NCBI GenBank assembly: GCA_041483135.1
Contig: JBGPFE010000003.1
Location: 6,035 to 70,034 of the forward strand
DNA from: Gammaproteobacteria bacterium
GTDB lineage: Bacteria; Pseudomonadota; Gammaproteobacteria; Burkholderiales; SG8-41
DNA length: 64,000 nt
Direction of reading: 5' to 3'
Part shown: positions 61,121 to 64,000 of the stretch, piece by piece
Position numbering within the stretch: the stretch's first letter is position 1
How the letters are laid out: every line of letters starts with the position of its first letter
The notes under the pieces: model-generated
Told to the model about the DNA's origin: nothing
What the model saw: only the letters and a program-made list of their open reading frames with translations
Databases searched by the model: none
Made by a program: the position numbers and the translations under genes

Positions 61121-63436
61121 GTGGACTCCAAGCGTAGAGCAAATAGACTCCCGGTCATTTTCGCTGGTCTGGCCGCGGCAGTGTTGTTGCTTGCCTTGGG
61201 GATTGGCAACGCGGCTGAACCTTTGTCCGGTGCCGCATTGCGGGAACGCGTCGCGGCTGGCGACCGGCTTTTCCAGGCCGGGGATTTTGAACGCGCCCTG
61301 AACGAATGGGATCAGGCCTTGAAATCCTACAATCCCGACACGCAGCGCATGGAGCGGTCTGACGTATTATCGAAGATAGCCGACGCTTTCAGGGCGCTCG
61401 GTTATACCGAGCGCGCCGCCGTGACTCTGCAGCAGGCTGCCCAGTTATCAGCATCGGATGACGTTCGCACGGCCAGCATACTTTCGAACCTCGGCAGCGC
61501 CCTGCAGGCAGCGGGGCTGCTGAAGGAAGCGCGGCAGCAAATCGACACCAGCATCGTGCTTGCACAAAAAACCGGTCGCAGGGATATCGAGGCCGCGGCG
61601 CAGAACAATCGGGGCAATCTGCTCGCGGCTGCCAATGAAAACGATGCGGCAATCAGTGCCTATCAGCGCAGCATCGATCTCGCGGCCCAATCGGGCAACT
61701 CGCTGCTTCGAAGCCAGGCTCTCGTTAATGCGGCGCGCACGGCGGAGCGCACCGGCAAGCCTGACCAAGCTGTTGCGCTCGCGCAGGCGGCCGGCGAAGC
61801 CGCGACGGGGCTGCCGCCAAGTCATGACTCCGCCTATGCGTTGATCGCGGGGGGGCAGCTATACCTGCGACTGCAGAAGGCCACGCCGAGCCAGTCCTTG
61901 CTGGATGCCGCAGTCAGGGCGCTCAACGGGGCTCTGAAAATGGCGCGGGAAATCGGCGACCGCCGGGCCGAGTCGTATGCACTCGGCTACCTCGGTGAAC
62001 TCTACGAAAACGAAGGCCGTGTGGCCGACGCTCTTGATCTCACGCGGCGCGCCACGTTCGACGCGCAGCAGCTCAACGCGCCGGAGCTGCTCTACCGATG
62101 GAATTGGCAGACGGGCCGGCTGTTGAGGGCGCAAAACGATCCTGACGGCGCTATCGCGGCGTACCGGCAGGCGGTGGGCCAATTGCAATCGATCCGCAAT
62201 GATGTTCTGGTCAATTACACTTCGGGCCGGTCTTCATTTCGGGAGGTGTTCGCGCCGCTTTATTTTGAGCTCGCGGATTTGTTGTTACAGCAAGGGGCGA
62301 ATACCAAGGACCCTTCCCGCGTGCAACAGGCGCTGGTCGAAGCACGCGATACGATCGAGCGGTCCAAGTCGGCTGAGTTGCAGGACTACTTCCAGGATAA
62401 TTGCGTCACCGCGCTGCAGTCAAAGATTACGCAGGTCGAGAAGGTGGGGGCCAGGACCGCGGTTATCTATCCGATCCTGTTGCGCGACCGGCTCGAGTTG
62501 CTGGTCACTTTTTCCGACAGCATGCGGCAGTACAGGGTCGCCGTCGATGGGGCGTCTCTCGTCGAAGCAGTGAGAAATTTCCGCCTGCGGCTGGAGCGCC
62601 GCACCTCGCGCGAGTATCTGCCGCTGGCCCAGCAGCTCTACGGTTGGCTGGTGAAACCGTTTGAACCTGAACTCGTGTCCCGAAAAATCGATACTCTCGT
62701 GTTCGTGCCGGATGGCGCGCTGCGCACCATCCCGATTTCGGCGCTGCATGATGGCAAGCAGTATCTGATCAGCCGTTTTGCCGTCGCCACGACACCCGGC
62801 CTGACTCTGGTCGATCCCAGACCGCTTGAGGCTCACGCGAGCCAGGTGCTGCTCAGCGGCCTCACCGAACCCGTGCAGGGTTTTTCGGGCCTGCCCAACG
62901 TTGCGGCCGAACTGCAGGCGGTGCAGGAAATTGAAGGAGGAACACTTCTGAAGGACAAGGATTACGTCCTGCGCAACGTCGAGCAGGAATTTTCGCAAAA
63001 ATCATTTACCCTAGTTCATATTGCTTCGCATGGACATTTCAGCAGCGACCCGAAGCAGACTTTTCTGCTCACTTACGATGGCAAGCTGACGATGGATGGG
63101 CTCGAGAAGCTCATCGCTCCCAGCCGTTACCGTGATCAGCCGCTCGAGCTGCTGACGCTGAGCGCCTGCCAGACGGCCGCGGGCGACGACCGCGCGGCGC
63201 TTGGACTCGCCGGCGTGGCGGTAAAGGCGGGCGCGCGCAGCGCGCTGGCGTCCCTGTGGTTTATCAACGACCAGTCTTCCACTCTGCTCATTTCGGATTT
63301 CTATCGCTACCTCAAGCAGCCCGGCATGTCGAAAGCAAAAGCTCTGCAGCAAGCCCAGGTCAAAATGATCGGCGATAATCGTTTCGGTCATCCGGGCTAT
63401 TGGTCGCCGTTCCTTCTCATAGGGAATTGGCTTTAG
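61121..63436 (+). CDS. secreted TPR-repeat / CHAT-domain (caspase-like) protein
   Basis: GTG start after GAGGGGGGG, and signal-like LPVIFAGLAAAVLLLALGIGNAAEP. TPR-like repeats span residues about 40-400. The C-terminal CHAT domain has LVHIASHGHF (His637, 63029-63031) and LTLSACQTA (Cys683, 63167-63169). Confidence 0.88.
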   Translation: MDSKRRANRLPVIFAGLAAAVLLLALGIGNAAEPLSGAALRERVAAGDRLFQAGDFERALNEWDQALKSYNPDTQRMERSDVLSKIADAFRALGYTERAAVTLQQAAQLSASDDVRTASILSNLGSALQAAGLLKEARQQIDTSIVLAQKTGRRDIEAAAQNNRGNLLAAANENDAAISAYQRSIDLAAQSGNSLLRSQALVNAARTAERTGKPDQAVALAQAAGEAATGLPPSHDSAYALIAGGQLYLRLQKATPSQSLLDAAVRALNGALKMAREIGDRRAESYALGYLGELYENEGRVADALDLTRRATFDAQQLNAPELLYRWNWQTGRLLRAQNDPDGAIAAYRQAVGQLQSIRNDVLVNYTSGRSSFREVFAPLYFELADLLLQQGANTKDPSRVQQALVEARDTIERSKSAELQDYFQDNCVTALQSKITQVEKVGARTAVIYPILLRDRLELLVTFSDSMRQYRVAVDGASLVEAVRNFRLRLERRTSREYLPLAQQLYGWLVKPFEPELVSRKIDTLVFVPDGALRTIPISALHDGKQYLISRFAVATTPGLTLVDPRPLEAHASQVLLSGLTEPVQGFSGLPNVAAELQAVQEIEGGTLLKDKDYVLRNVEQEFSQKSFTLVHIASHGHFSSDPKQTFLLTYDGKLTMDGLEKLIAPSRYRDQPLELLTLSACQTAAGDDRAALGLAGVAVKAGARSALASLWFINDQSSTLLISDFYRYLKQPGMSKAKALQQAQVKMIGDNRFGHPGYWSPFLLIGNWL

Positions 63437-63444
63437 GACCGTTG

Positions 63445-64000
63445 GTGGAAAGGCTCCGCGAAGCGCTGCAGCAGCCAGCCGTGATCTGTTTCATCCTGGC
63501 GAACGTCGTCTTCCTGCTGCTGCTTGCCGCTCGTCACGGTGGCGCACTCGTGCCGCTCGAGCTGATTTCCTACGATCAGATGCTGCGGTCGCGGCCCGAC
63601 GCTGCCGCTGATTCCCGTATCGTGCTCATCGAAGAGACCGAAGAGGACATCCATCGCTACGGATACCCGCTATCCGATGAAAAACTGGCCGCCGCGCTCG
63701 AGCGACTGACCGCATACCACGCGCGCGCGATTGGCGTTGACATCTATCGCGACATACCGGTGGCGCCGGGTGAAGCCCGCCTCGCATCCATACTGAAGCG
63801 AAACCCGAACATCATATGGGTAAGCAAGTTCAGCGGCGACCAGCGCGCCGTGGCGCCACCCAGGGTTCTCGTCGGCACCGAGCAAGTCGGCTTTAATGAC
63901 CTGATCGACGATCCGGGTGGAATCGTCCGCAGAGGGATGTTGTTCCTCGATGACGGCAAAACCACGGCTTACTCACTGCCGCTGCGCCTGGCGTTGCATT
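63445..64000 (+). CDS. CHASE2 sensor domain protein (N-terminal part, continues beyond window)
   Basis: This frame is open with no stop from 63442 to 64000 and is absent from the ORF track. A TTG at 63442 or GTG at 63445 starts it, followed by the TM helix PAVICFILANVVFLLLLAA. The sequence then reads IVLIEETEEDIHRYGYPLSDEKLAAALERLTAYHARAIGVDIYRD...VGFNDLIDDPGGIVRRG, which is typical of a CHASE2 N-terminus. Confidence 0.8.
   Translation, partial: MERLREALQQPAVICFILANVVFLLLLAARHGGALVPLELISYDQMLRSRPDAAADSRIVLIEETEEDIHRYGYPLSDEKLAAALERLTAYHARAIGVDIYRDIPVAPGEARLASILKRNPNIIWVSKFSGDQRAVAPPRVLVGTEQVGFNDLIDDPGGIVRRGMLFLDDGKTTAYSLPLRLALH

Overview
High-GC proteobacterial chromosomal segment. The gene order looks beta- or gammaproteobacterial, which is inference only. 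About 80% is densely packed core metabolism and housekeeping, listed here in window order:
- A patatin fragment, a DinG-type helicase and rimO.
- A PHA cluster: phaR, phaP, phaB and phaC, plus acetoacetyl-CoA synthetase.
- pgeF-rluD and bamD.
- A copA-copZ-csoR copper operon with a clear operator/promoter palindrome.
- lysS, then prfB with its +1 frameshift, then recJ and lolCD.
- alkA-like glycosylase, comEC, metY and relA.
- tRNA-Val, then thrS-infC-rpmI-rplT-pheST-ihfA-merR, then tRNA-Pro.
- An Skp-like protein and a C-N hydrolase.

No rRNA genes, CRISPR arrays, transposases or integrases were seen.

Two regions look accessory:
- A small AT-rich islet at about 28.6-29.9 kb holds tiny membrane proteins and about 450 bp of non-coding DNA.
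- From 52.3 kb to the window end, next to a badly eroded Bug/TctC pseudogene, lies a cluster of five genes. These are a TpsB transporter, two tandem TpsA-like fibre proteins, a signal-peptide-bearing TPR-CHAT caspase-like protease, and a CHASE2 sensor protein. The CHASE2 ORF is absent from the ORF track because it runs off the window.

The two TpsA-like proteins have near-identical ends and divergent repetitive cores. I consider this TPS/CHAT/CHASE2 cluster the most interesting candidate system here.

Many long ORFs in the track are antisense artefacts of high GC content and were not called.
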